DNA from: a virus
Taxonomy: Duplodnaviria; Caudoviricetes
IMG/VR virus record: IMGVR_UViG_3300025786_000006
Coordinates: 1-30,696 of that record
Reading direction: 5' to 3' (one strand)
DNA: 30,696 bases
The position numbers and the translations under genes are program-made. Under the pieces are notes generated by a model, which saw only the letters and a list, made by a program, of their open reading frames with translations, searched no databases and had not been told where the DNA came from. Numbering within the stretch: the stretch's first letter is position 1; the number at the start of each line of letters is the position of its first letter. Of this stretch, positions 17,949 through 25,284 are shown piece by piece.

Positions 17949-18464
17949 TTAGCTTGCGCCTCCTTCAATGGCTTGAATAGCTTCGACATAGGTCTTGCCT
18001 GGATTCTTTGCCATCCAAGCTTTTACTTGGGCGTGCAATGCCAGACGCTCAGAATTAACTTCGTACTCTGAGGGCGCAGCAAAGCTGACCGCAGGAGCGG
18101 CAGGCAATTTTTCACCAGCAGCTTTTTCACCCAGAGGAACCTGAACAGGCAGAGCAGAGAGAAAATTTTGGAACCCATCCAGCAAAGGCTTGTCTCCTTC
18201 GCCCAGATCGACGGTTTTGCCCTCAAGGGATTCCATCAAGGCCAGCGCAAAGGACTCCTGAGCAGGCAATAGGCGACCCGCCTGGATGTGGGTTTGAAGC
18301 GTTTGCTTCCATTCTTTGCGGCGGAATTCGCGTTCGCGCCGTGCCAGATCTTTTTCAGCCAGGTCAACTGTCTTTTCACGGTCAGTTACCTTTTGTTCCT
18401 GCAAGAGAATAGCGGTTTGCTTTTCAGCCAAAGCTACGGCAGGGTCTTTGTTTTCGTCACCCAT
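17949..18464 (-). CDS. Nested in-frame scaffold protein (Mu gpZ-like)
   Basis: GGAGG (18474-18470) 5 nt before an internal ATG (MGDENKD) that starts the coiled-coil half. Confidence 0.65.
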   Translation of the reverse strand: MGDENKDPAVALAEKQTAILLQEQKVTDREKTVDLAEKDLARREREFRRKEWKQTLQTHIQAGRLLPAQESFALALMESLEGKTVDLGEGDKPLLDGFQNFLSALPVQVPLGEKAAGEKLPAAPAVSFAAPSEYEVNSERLALHAQVKAWMAKNPGKTYVEAIQAIEGGAS

Positions 18465-18941
18465 GCGGGCCTCCATAAATTCAATGGTGATATGGTCAGT
18501 GTCCTCGCTGTTATAAATCACACCCTTCAAACCTTTGACCGCAGGGGGCTGTGCCCCTAAGAAACCCAAGTGCTTGAGGTAATAACTCCCAGGCATCGGG
18601 TTCGCAGGGCTGTCGGGGGGATAAAGCGAAACACTGACCTTTTTGTACAATTCGCGATCGAACATATCCGCAAGCTCAGGCACCAGCCCTGTTTCCAGCC
18701 AGAGACCATCAGAGCGCAATTCAGCAGAGCGAACCCACCCAAAGGCTGGGTCATCTGTGGCGGGGTGTCCCAAGACCACAGGGGCTTCGTGTAGGGAGGG
18801 GTTATAGCTCTGGGCGATTTGCGCCAGGTCAACAGGAGAAATGGAAACAGACCCTGACAGCCCTGCCCAGGTTCCCGCCTTGAGGGCGTGAATCCAAGCA
18901 TTGCGTAGGGTGCCGGGTGATGTTTGAGTTTGCTTAATCAT
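17949..18941 (-). CDS. Prohead protease/scaffold (Mu gpI-like)
   Basis: YNPSLHEAPVVLGHPATDDPAFGWV, YKKVSVSLY and YLKHLGFLGAQPPAVKGL motifs. Start reassigned to MIKQTQ after the promoter repeat. Confidence 0.92.
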   Translation of the reverse strand: MIKQTQTSPGTLRNAWIHALKAGTWAGLSGSVSISPVDLAQIAQSYNPSLHEAPVVLGHPATDDPAFGWVRSAELRSDGLWLETGLVPELADMFDRELYKKVSVSLYPPDSPANPMPGSYYLKHLGFLGAQPPAVKGLKGVIYNSEDTDHITIEFMEARMGDENKDPAVALAEKQTAILLQEQKVTDREKTVDLAEKDLARREREFRRKEWKQTLQTHIQAGRLLPAQESFALALMESLEGKTVDLGEGDKPLLDGFQNFLSALPVQVPLGEKAAGEKLPAAPAVSFAAPSEYEVNSERLALHAQVKAWMAKNPGKTYVEAIQAIEGGAS

Positions 18942-18994
18942 GCCCTTAGCATAGGGCTGAAAGCAAGGCAGCGTCGTGGTGACATAGTTCACAC
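18938..18994 (-). promoter_or_regulatory. Late promoter copy 2 (position of Mu P-I)
   Basis: 57-bp identity with 7829-7885, directly upstream of the protease ATG. Confidence 0.8.
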
Positions 18995-19000
18995 TGATTC

Positions 19001-19375
19001 TCACGCCTGGATTCCCCGTGCCCTAGCTTGCTGGGCCGGGGAGGAAGGCGTGTCAGGTCGTAAGACCTGAGCTAACCACCTATCAGACGTCAATACCTTG
19101 ATTTTCGATGTAGCGCTTGATGGTTTCGATGGTTGCCCCGCCAGTGGTCAGAATGCAATAGCTGTCTGTCCAAAACAACGGCTTCCAGTAAAAGCGTTTG
19201 AGGTGTTCTGCATACGCTTGGCGTACCATTCGGCTGCTGACAGATTTAAAGTTATTGACCAGTTTGGAGGGTTGTACTTTGGGGTTGGTGGTAAACAGAA
19301 TATGCACATGGTCGGGCTCTCCGCCAAACTCGATAAGCTCTGAACCCCACTTTTTGCACAGCTCTGAAAACAGTG
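19001..19375 (-). mobile_element. IS200/IS605-family relic: one end with hairpins plus truncated tnpA
   Basis: Imperfect hairpin 19002-19052 (CACGCC/GGCGTG, TCCCC/GGGGA, GCCC/GGGC) and hairpin TCAGGTC-GTAA-GACCTGA 19053-19070, next to the 3' end of tnpA. No tnpB. Confidence 0.85.
19083..19375 (-). pseudogene. tnpA: 5'-truncated Y1 HUH transposase
   Basis: Frame reads LFSELCKKWGSELIEFGGEPDHVHILF...FWTDSY...TIKRYIENQ (HUH and catalytic Y present). Upstream the frame hits TGA with no start codon, and the N-terminal YHxVxxxKYR segment is missing. Confidence 0.88.
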
Positions 19376-19419
19376 GGTCATTGACACTGAAAGATGTATT
19401 TCAGGCTTTGCCTGAAACA

Positions 19420-19545
19420 AATTTAGCGAGACGCTGTAGAATCGATTTTAAGGCCGGTGTGGTTGTGGTTTAGTATCAACATACCACTGATGGGTGTAAA
19501 ACAAAATTTAAACAGCTTTCAAATGGGTTTAAATGTTATTTGTAT
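19420..19545. other. Candidate strong gyrase site-like phased sequence
   Basis: T/A tracts at 19496, 19507, 19518, 19528 and 19539 (10-11 bp period). Lies between G and I, where the Mu SGS lies. Confidence 0.4.
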
Positions 19546-19629
19546 CAATGAGATATTCTCACAGATATTGCTTGCAAATTATTTAATGATGAAAGAAACT
19601 AATAAACAAGCACTAAATTTTGAGGCACT

Positions 19630-20508
19630 ATGTACTACAGACGTAAATTACTTTTGAACTTAATCCAGACTTTTGGCAACGCTCTGACATCCAGACAAGT
19701 TCAAAAGCTTATGTTCATTTTATCTCCAAAATTAAACAAACCTCATTATGACTTCGTTCCGCATCGGTTTGGTGCATATTCATTCGTCATAAAGTCAGAT
19801 TTACTTAACCTAGAAAAGAACGGGCTATTATACAAATCAGCGCAACCATCTGTGTGGAAGTTAATCACACATGAGATCCCTGAACTAACACCAGTTGACC
19901 GCCGTTTGATGAACGATCTCGCGATTAATTTTGCTAACCTGCAAGAATCAGAACTCATTAAACACACTTACAATGAGTATCCAGAATATGCTGTAAACAG
20001 TGAAATAGCCTCACAACTACTGACCGAGCCTGAGGTAAAAAAAATACAAGCATTTAAACCAAAGTCTGATTTATCTGCTATTTACACTATCGGTTATGAG
20101 GGTTTGTCGTTAGACGCATTTGTACAAATTCTTTTAAAGAATGACATCCAACATTTATGCGATGTAAGAAAAAATGCCTACAGTATGAAATTTGGCTTTA
20201 AAAAATCTGAGCTTTGCAAAACACTTGAGTCAGTTTCGATTACGTATAGTCACCATCCAGAATTGGGAATTGAATCTGAAAAAAGGAAAATTGTTCAAGA
20301 AACTGGAGATTGGAATCAGCTCTTCAATGAATACGAAGCCACAATAAGTAATAACTCGACCAATTTATTACCGCCAATATTGCACTTATTTGAAAACAAA
20401 AAACGGATAGCATTAATGTGCTTTGAGCATAAATCCTGTAATTGTCATCGTGGAAGATTAATAAACGTTATTCAAGCGAATAAGGAGATTAATGTAATAA
20501 ATTTATGA
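19630..20508 (+). CDS. DUF488-family protein with N-terminal SocA/Panacea-like winged-helix domain
   Basis: C-half IYTIGYEG, LCDVRKNAYSMKFGF, HHPELG, LMCFEHKSCNCHR (DUF488). N-half QVQKLMFIL...YDFVPHRFGAYS. GAGG RBS, AT-rich. Confidence 0.82.
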   Translation: MYYRRKLLLNLIQTFGNALTSRQVQKLMFILSPKLNKPHYDFVPHRFGAYSFVIKSDLLNLEKNGLLYKSAQPSVWKLITHEIPELTPVDRRLMNDLAINFANLQESELIKHTYNEYPEYAVNSEIASQLLTEPEVKKIQAFKPKSDLSAIYTIGYEGLSLDAFVQILLKNDIQHLCDVRKNAYSMKFGFKKSELCKTLESVSITYSHHPELGIESEKRKIVQETGDWNQLFNEYEATISNNSTNLLPPILHLFENKKRIALMCFEHKSCNCHRGRLINVIQANKEINVINL

Positions 20509-21401
20509 CTGACTACTTTGACCCAAACCCTCAGGATTTAAAGGTTTTAATTACAGTAAAAACATATCCAACATTGTCCACGAAGTATGCGGAAACAGTT
20601 TGTACTGCTGGCATAACAGATGATGGGAAATGGATAAGGCTCTATCCTATCCCTTTTAGGCAAATCGAAGATTTTGATAAACGTTATCCAAAATATTCAT
20701 GGGTTGACGTAAGAGCGATACGGCGAGATACGAAGAAAGATTTCCGGGTCGAAAGCTTTCAGCCGATAGATATTAACCAAATAAAAGTAAGCCCCAAAAT
20801 ACCAACAGCTAAAGACCCTGGATGGTCTAAACGACGTGCGTTGACTATTGATAAAGTGCGAATTTACGATAGCTTAGACGAATTGATTGCTGATTCTAAG
20901 CGAGACAGTAACCCAGTCCCCATTTCTTTGGCAATGTTTAAGCCTACTGAAATTTTAGATTTTACCTGGAAACCTGATGACAGAACATGGAATAAAGGGA
21001 AAGTCTATGAACTTGAAAATCAACTTTCTCTCTTTGATGATGTTGGAGGCAATTTAAAATCAAGCCCATTTAAAGTTGTGGACAAGCTACCTTTTACTTT
21101 TAAGTACAAGTTTAAGGATTCCAAAGGTAAGATTAGTAATCTGATTATTACTGACTGGGAAACAGGCATGCTGTATTGGAAGAGTCGAAAGAGCACGCAG
21201 ACAGATGAAGAAGCGTGCCAAAAGGTCAAACAGAGATACTTTGATGATTTTATAAAAAAAGATATTTACTTTTACATGGGTACAGTATTTAACAATCATC
21301 TGCTTAACCGCCCAAACCCATTTTCAATTATAGGGGTTTTTTATCCTCCATTTTTACCTGAAGGCTTTACTAAACAACTGAATATTTTTGAAGATATTTA
21401 A
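20505..21401 (+). CDS. Uncharacterised DUF488-partner protein
   Basis: ATGA-coupled to DUF488 gene. VKTYP...ETVCTAG...WIRLYP, DWE and FYMGT motifs. QLSLF and QLNIF peptides. Confidence 0.8.
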   Translation: MTDYFDPNPQDLKVLITVKTYPTLSTKYAETVCTAGITDDGKWIRLYPIPFRQIEDFDKRYPKYSWVDVRAIRRDTKKDFRVESFQPIDINQIKVSPKIPTAKDPGWSKRRALTIDKVRIYDSLDELIADSKRDSNPVPISLAMFKPTEILDFTWKPDDRTWNKGKVYELENQLSLFDDVGGNLKSSPFKVVDKLPFTFKYKFKDSKGKISNLIITDWETGMLYWKSRKSTQTDEEACQKVKQRYFDDFIKKDIYFYMGTVFNNHLLNRPNPFSIIGVFYPPFLPEGFTKQLNIFEDI

Positions 21402-21412
21402 AAAATCAAGCT

Positions 21413-21943
21413 TCACGCCTTCAAGTATTTTTCAATTGTCTGCAAAATAACAGATCTGTCTTCATCCGAAAAACCAAGATAGGGCCGACCTGGAATATTA
21501 CCCCAGGGAATCGGAGCCCCGCGCTTGGTTTTACCAAAAGCTCCCTGGGATGCTCCGAAATGCTGCACACGGGAATAAATCATGCCAGAGCCGATCTTCA
21601 GCTCTTGTGAAGTGGCCCGGTAATGAATGGTTCCAGAGAGGGATTTGCTTTCGCCAATCAGGGGCTTTTTCCCAGAAGCGCGGCCTTGGCCTTTCTTGGT
21701 CAGACCGCCTTTCTTTTTAAAGTTCCCCTTGGTCTTGTTAAGCATCTTCAGAAGTGTACTGTCTTTGTTGGCTGCCCACTTTTGGCCGTCTGGGCCTGTG
21801 CTGGTTTCAAAGCGCTTCTTGACACTTTCGAGCATCTCTTCGCCGATCTCTTTCATAACAGGCCGAAGATTGCCTGACTTTTCCTTCAATCGGAGCAGGG
21901 TATTCAGGACGGTTGAGTCATCCAGCTTGATATCGAACTGCAT
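21413..21943 (-). CDS. Mu gpG-like virion morphogenesis protein
   Basis: LRPVMKEIGE...RFETSTGPDGQKW...YSRVQHFG...IPGRPYLGFS. Confidence 0.93.
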   Translation of the reverse strand: MQFDIKLDDSTVLNTLLRLKEKSGNLRPVMKEIGEEMLESVKKRFETSTGPDGQKWAANKDSTLLKMLNKTKGNFKKKGGLTKKGQGRASGKKPLIGESKSLSGTIHYRATSQELKIGSGMIYSRVQHFGASQGAFGKTKRGAPIPWGNIPGRPYLGFSDEDRSVILQTIEKYLKA

Positions 21944-22167
21944 CAGAAAAAGTCCTCACCCTTAATGACATTGAGCTGAAGATCAAACTTTTCATACTGG
22001 GCGATCACATGAATTCCGACACCTTCGATTTCCTGACCAATCAGCCAGAGATTGGGATTTGTAAAAGAGAGAAAGGCTTCGATATTGTAATTGCCAGTTT
22101 GGCGCTGGAAATGATAAACCAGCTCAGTGACTTCATCGGGAAAGAGCCTCTGTTCTATATCAGGCAT
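21943..22167 (-). CDS. 74-aa acidic hypothetical protein, candidate MuF-toxin immunity
   Basis: Directly downstream of MuF. TGATG-coupled to gpG. Weak RBS. Confidence 0.55.
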   Translation of the reverse strand: MPDIEQRLFPDEVTELVYHFQRQTGNYNIEAFLSFTNPNLWLIGQEIEGVGIHVIAQYEKFDLQLNVIKGEDFF

Positions 22168-22181
22168 GGGGAGCCCTGTTG

Positions 22182-22187
22182 TATAAT
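22182..22187 (+). promoter_or_regulatory. Consensus -10 (TATAAT) facing antisense into the MuF 3' end
   Basis: Perfect TATAAT 5 nt before the stem at 22193. No recognisable -35. Confidence 0.45.
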
Positions 22188-22192
22188 AAATG

Positions 22193-22276
22193 TAGCAGGG
22201 GATTACTGCGAAATCGCTTTCGGACGTATGGAGAAGGCAAGTGAAATTGCATGAATCCGTCGCAGACCTCCTGCTA
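22193..22276 (+). ncRNA. Candidate ~84-nt multi-stem structured RNA
   Basis: TAGCAGGGG (22193-22201) pairs with CTCCTGCTA (22268-22276). CTGCGA (22206-11) pairs with TCGCAG (22260-65). Inner GCAA-GTGAAA-TTGC hairpin and a TTTCGG loop. G-U wobbles work only on +. Confidence 0.55.
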
Positions 22277-23581
22277 AGACTTTCTCTGATAAATGAAAAA
22301 ACTTTTCATCGAGAGCATTCGCTTTTTCCCCAAAACCTCAAATAGAACAACATAGGTTTGATTCCCAATTGCTTTTTTATAGGCAAGAAAAGGTGTGCCT
22401 CCACCAATATCTGTTGCTCCCCTGTTTTCAATAATGTCAGGTGAGTTTAATACTTCGGGAATTATCTTGAAATCATCGGGTTCAACAGGCTTTTGGCTAT
22501 TCACCATTTCACCAACCACATCTTGCCCCGCAACACCATGTCTATCACGAATGTGATTCAATGCAGACTTGTTCAAGGCAAAATCAAAGCCTTTAATATC
22601 CACATTTTTCATCTCAAATGGATTCTCTATTGGCGGCTTACCGTGCTTGATGCGTTTTCTATTTCTAGCAGCCAGCTCTTCTGCTGTTTCCTTAAATGTC
22701 CAGCCACGGATCATCTGAGCATCTTTGGATTCTATCAGCCCCAATGTTTGAAATTCTTGGTAATTAGGACGTTTTTCAAATACTCGCTTTGCGTATTGTC
22801 TGGCAGCATCTGCCGTCGAAGGTAAATCACGATATGAACGGGCAAACTGGTCTTTAATACCTTCTGGCAAATTTTCCATATAGGCTTTGACAATTGTGGT
22901 ATCCCATTGCACCGTTTTTTCTCCCATGGCGCGAACTGTATCACTGACGGTATTCCCAGGCATGTACCCCCAGCCTTTGTCTATGCCGAAGGGTTCACCT
23001 GTTTTGGGGTCAATTTCCACATCAGGGGCCTGGCCAATGTCTGAGGGATTATTCTTGCCTTTGACCCGACACTGACAGCCCCAGCCATTGGGCGGGTAGT
23101 GGGCGTTCCAGAAGGGATCATCAGCAGGGAGCACCAAACCATCCCAGGCTTGGTGTTGTTTGCGAGGGTGAGCCACGGCTTTGCTGTGAATGTATTCCCA
23201 GTGCGTGAAGCCTGCCTCACGCAGTTGAGCCAGACGGCCAGCTGAATAACTGGTCAGCATATTGGTCTGGTAAATGACCTTTGTGCGCCAGTTAAACTCC
23301 CCGCGATAATCCCAGCCATGCTTGGCAGCAATGCTTCTGAAATCTTTGCGAAAGGCATCCAGACTTGTTCCCTGACTGATCGCTTTATCTACAGAGGCAG
23401 CCAGGTCAGCGAGTAAATCTGCTTTGGCAGCGCCTGCCACGATAAAGCCCCGATCATGTGCCTCTTTCTGCATGTCTGTCCAGCGTTCTGTGGGTACTTG
23501 ATTGCCCAACTTCTGCCGGAAGAAAGCGACTTGCTCCTGGAAAGGCTCTCGAAAGACGCCTGAGATAGATGGTTCAGGCAT
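22274..23581 (-). CDS. MuF (gp30) minor head protein with C-terminal putative BECR/PBECR-type nuclease domain
   Basis: N-part PFQEQVAFFRQK, IYQTNMLTSYSAGR, HPRKQHQAWDG, YPPNGWGCQCRV (MuF). C-part SALNHIRDRHG...DDFKIIPEVLNSPD...YVVLFEV...LSMKSFF. Confidence 0.85.
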   Translation of the reverse strand: MPEPSISGVFREPFQEQVAFFRQKLGNQVPTERWTDMQKEAHDRGFIVAGAAKADLLADLAASVDKAISQGTSLDAFRKDFRSIAAKHGWDYRGEFNWRTKVIYQTNMLTSYSAGRLAQLREAGFTHWEYIHSKAVAHPRKQHQAWDGLVLPADDPFWNAHYPPNGWGCQCRVKGKNNPSDIGQAPDVEIDPKTGEPFGIDKGWGYMPGNTVSDTVRAMGEKTVQWDTTIVKAYMENLPEGIKDQFARSYRDLPSTADAARQYAKRVFEKRPNYQEFQTLGLIESKDAQMIRGWTFKETAEELAARNRKRIKHGKPPIENPFEMKNVDIKGFDFALNKSALNHIRDRHGVAGQDVVGEMVNSQKPVEPDDFKIIPEVLNSPDIIENRGATDIGGGTPFLAYKKAIGNQTYVVLFEVLGKKRMLSMKSFFIYQRKS

Positions 23582-23771
23582 TTTCAGATTCCTTACTCAA
23601 GCCATCGCATTCTACGCAAAGACTGATCCATTTAGGGTATGAGGGAATCTCTACCTTTTGCCAATTTTTTGCTTTTGCACCGCACAAAGCCTTACCTATA
23701 CCATTGGGCACGAAATGAGATTTTGATCGTGGGCCACTTCTAAAAAGGATTTTTTCAGACTCAGGCTTCAT
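23574..23771 (-). CDS. 65-aa putative Zn-binding protein between portal and MuF
   Basis: H...ALCG...CVEC. Overlaps the portal stop and the MuF start. GGAG 7 nt before ATG (MKPESE). Confidence 0.6.
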   Translation of the reverse strand: MKPESEKILFRSGPRSKSHFVPNGIGKALCGAKAKNWQKVEIPSYPKWISLCVECDGLSKESENA

Positions 23772-25284
23772 TATCATTCTCCTGCTCGACATCAAAGCGA
23801 CCCGCCAGTTCAGCCGTCATGAGGGCCAGCCCCATAATTTCACCCAGTTCATCACCAGGCAGATCTGCATAGGCATTCAAAAGGGCATCGCGCAGGCTGG
23901 GTAGGTCAGGGGCAGTGTCCACCAGATTCTGGATATGGGCCAGAATCTTTTTCCAGATCGGGGCAGTCTGTTCATCCAGGGTCTGGGTAAGAGGTTCGAC
24001 GGGGGTTGGGGGTAATTCAGTTTTGTCTCCCTCGGCCAGCTCTGGCATCTGAAAACCAATCTTAAGTTCGCGTTTTTGTTCAGCGCTTGTCTTTCCCTTA
24101 AGTTTTTCAGCTTCGCCTGTTGTGGATGGTTCGGGTTTAATGGGTTCATAATCGTCCCCATACACTTCTTTAAGGGCTTTAGGTGTGAGTCTGTATCCCA
24201 TGTCAAAGAGGGCTTTGTCTCGCTCTGATCTGGATTTCAGGTCTTCGGCATCTTCCATGTCGCGCCAAAGTGTTGGGTAGGCTGCACCGGGCAGATTGAA
24301 ATCAATCAACCAACGCACCCAGGAGTTATTTGCACTCTGGCAGACCAGATCAGCATCAGCTTTCACAAGGTCTTGGCGCACGTCATAATGCACAGTCGCT
24401 TGAGAATAGCTGCTTCCGTCTTCTGTGGTCATGGTCTGACCCAGAATAACCTTTGCAATGGCGCTGTCCCAATAATGAAGCCACTGCTCATAAGAGGCAT
24501 TCCCGCCACGACTGGCTTCGAGCAGTTCAATTTTTACACCTTCGGGCACGATAATCCCGGCATCAGTGGCCGCAGCCTGAACTGCCCCCAAGAGCATAGA
24601 ACGCTCTGCCTGATCGGTTCCGTTGGGGAATGTGCCAACTGTGGTTGGAGCTGCAAACTTTTCCATGAATCGCGCCCAAAACTTTGCCCCTTGACGTTTG
24701 AACCAGACGGGCCAATAGAGTGAGTGACCCAAGCCCAGACCATAGGGCTCATCATGATGAGAGGCCCCCACTGAAGCCGTCCAGAATTTACGCTCTGGCA
24801 GGGCCTCACCCATGACATTGTGACTGGTTAAAAGCAGCAAACTGTTATCCGGGGCAAAGACAAAGCGGCGACGATCACGCACGCGAATGTCTGAAAGTTT
24901 GACCTGGCTGTTTTCAATCTCCCACATGACCTCTGCCACAGCATAGCCATAAAAACGGGCATAAAGCATGTGATCGGTGATGGTATCGAATTCAAGGTTT
25001 TTCAGGGTTGCTTCAACCAATTCAGCGGCGGCTTTGTCCTGTCGTTTTGTTCCACCTGGAACCACATCCCAGGGACGGGAAAGTACAGCATTGCGGCGTT
25101 GCGAAAAACAGGCAGATACCTGATCATCTCTGAGCAGTTCTTCATATCCCTGCAAGCCACCAGCTTGGGTCAACACTTTGTCTGAAGGAGTCAAATAGGG
25201 CAGGGCTTCAGTATAACCACGGGTAATATCTCTCCCGTCGTTTGTCGTCGCAATTTCAATCAGGTTTGGTTTTTTAGTATCCAC
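23761..25284 (-). CDS. Portal protein (Mu gp29/DUF935)
   Basis: ARFYGYAVAEVMW, PYGLGLG...YWPVWFK and IAKVILGQTMTT motifs. Confidence 0.95.
   Translation of the reverse strand: MDTKKPNLIEIATTNDGRDITRGYTEALPYLTPSDKVLTQAGGLQGYEELLRDDQVSACFSQRRNAVLSRPWDVVPGGTKRQDKAAAELVEATLKNLEFDTITDHMLYARFYGYAVAEVMWEIENSQVKLSDIRVRDRRRFVFAPDNSLLLLTSHNVMGEALPERKFWTASVGASHHDEPYGLGLGHSLYWPVWFKRQGAKFWARFMEKFAAPTTVGTFPNGTDQAERSMLLGAVQAAATDAGIIVPEGVKIELLEASRGGNASYEQWLHYWDSAIAKVILGQTMTTEDGSSYSQATVHYDVRQDLVKADADLVCQSANNSWVRWLIDFNLPGAAYPTLWRDMEDAEDLKSRSERDKALFDMGYRLTPKALKEVYGDDYEPIKPEPSTTGEAEKLKGKTSAEQKRELKIGFQMPELAEGDKTELPPTPVEPLTQTLDEQTAPIWKKILAHIQNLVDTAPDLPSLRDALLNAYADLPGDELGEIMGLALMTAELAGRFDVEQENDNEA

Noticed and set aside
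17949-19004. ORF-track N-terminal extensions (shared NYVTTTLPCFQPYAKG in two ORFs; also the lysin's 43-aa extension)
   Set aside because: These are translations of promoter DNA. Starts were reassigned to the downstream ATGs.
19381-19410. Perfect TTGACA -35 on +
   Set aside because: No -10-like hexamer at 16-18 nt spacing.
19148-19420. 90-aa ORF as a frameshifted N-terminus of tnpA
   Set aside because: TnpA similarity stays in one frame up to ~19375. The other frame has no transposase motifs, so this is truncation rather than a frameshift.
22009-22254. 81-aa + strand ORF across the MuF downstream gap
   Set aside because: No RBS or motif, antisense to a coupled - strand ORF, and it runs over the structured element.
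22200-22265. Hammerhead ribozyme or tRNA in the structured element
   Set aside because: No CUGAnGA core on either strand and no full cloverleaf with an anticodon arm.
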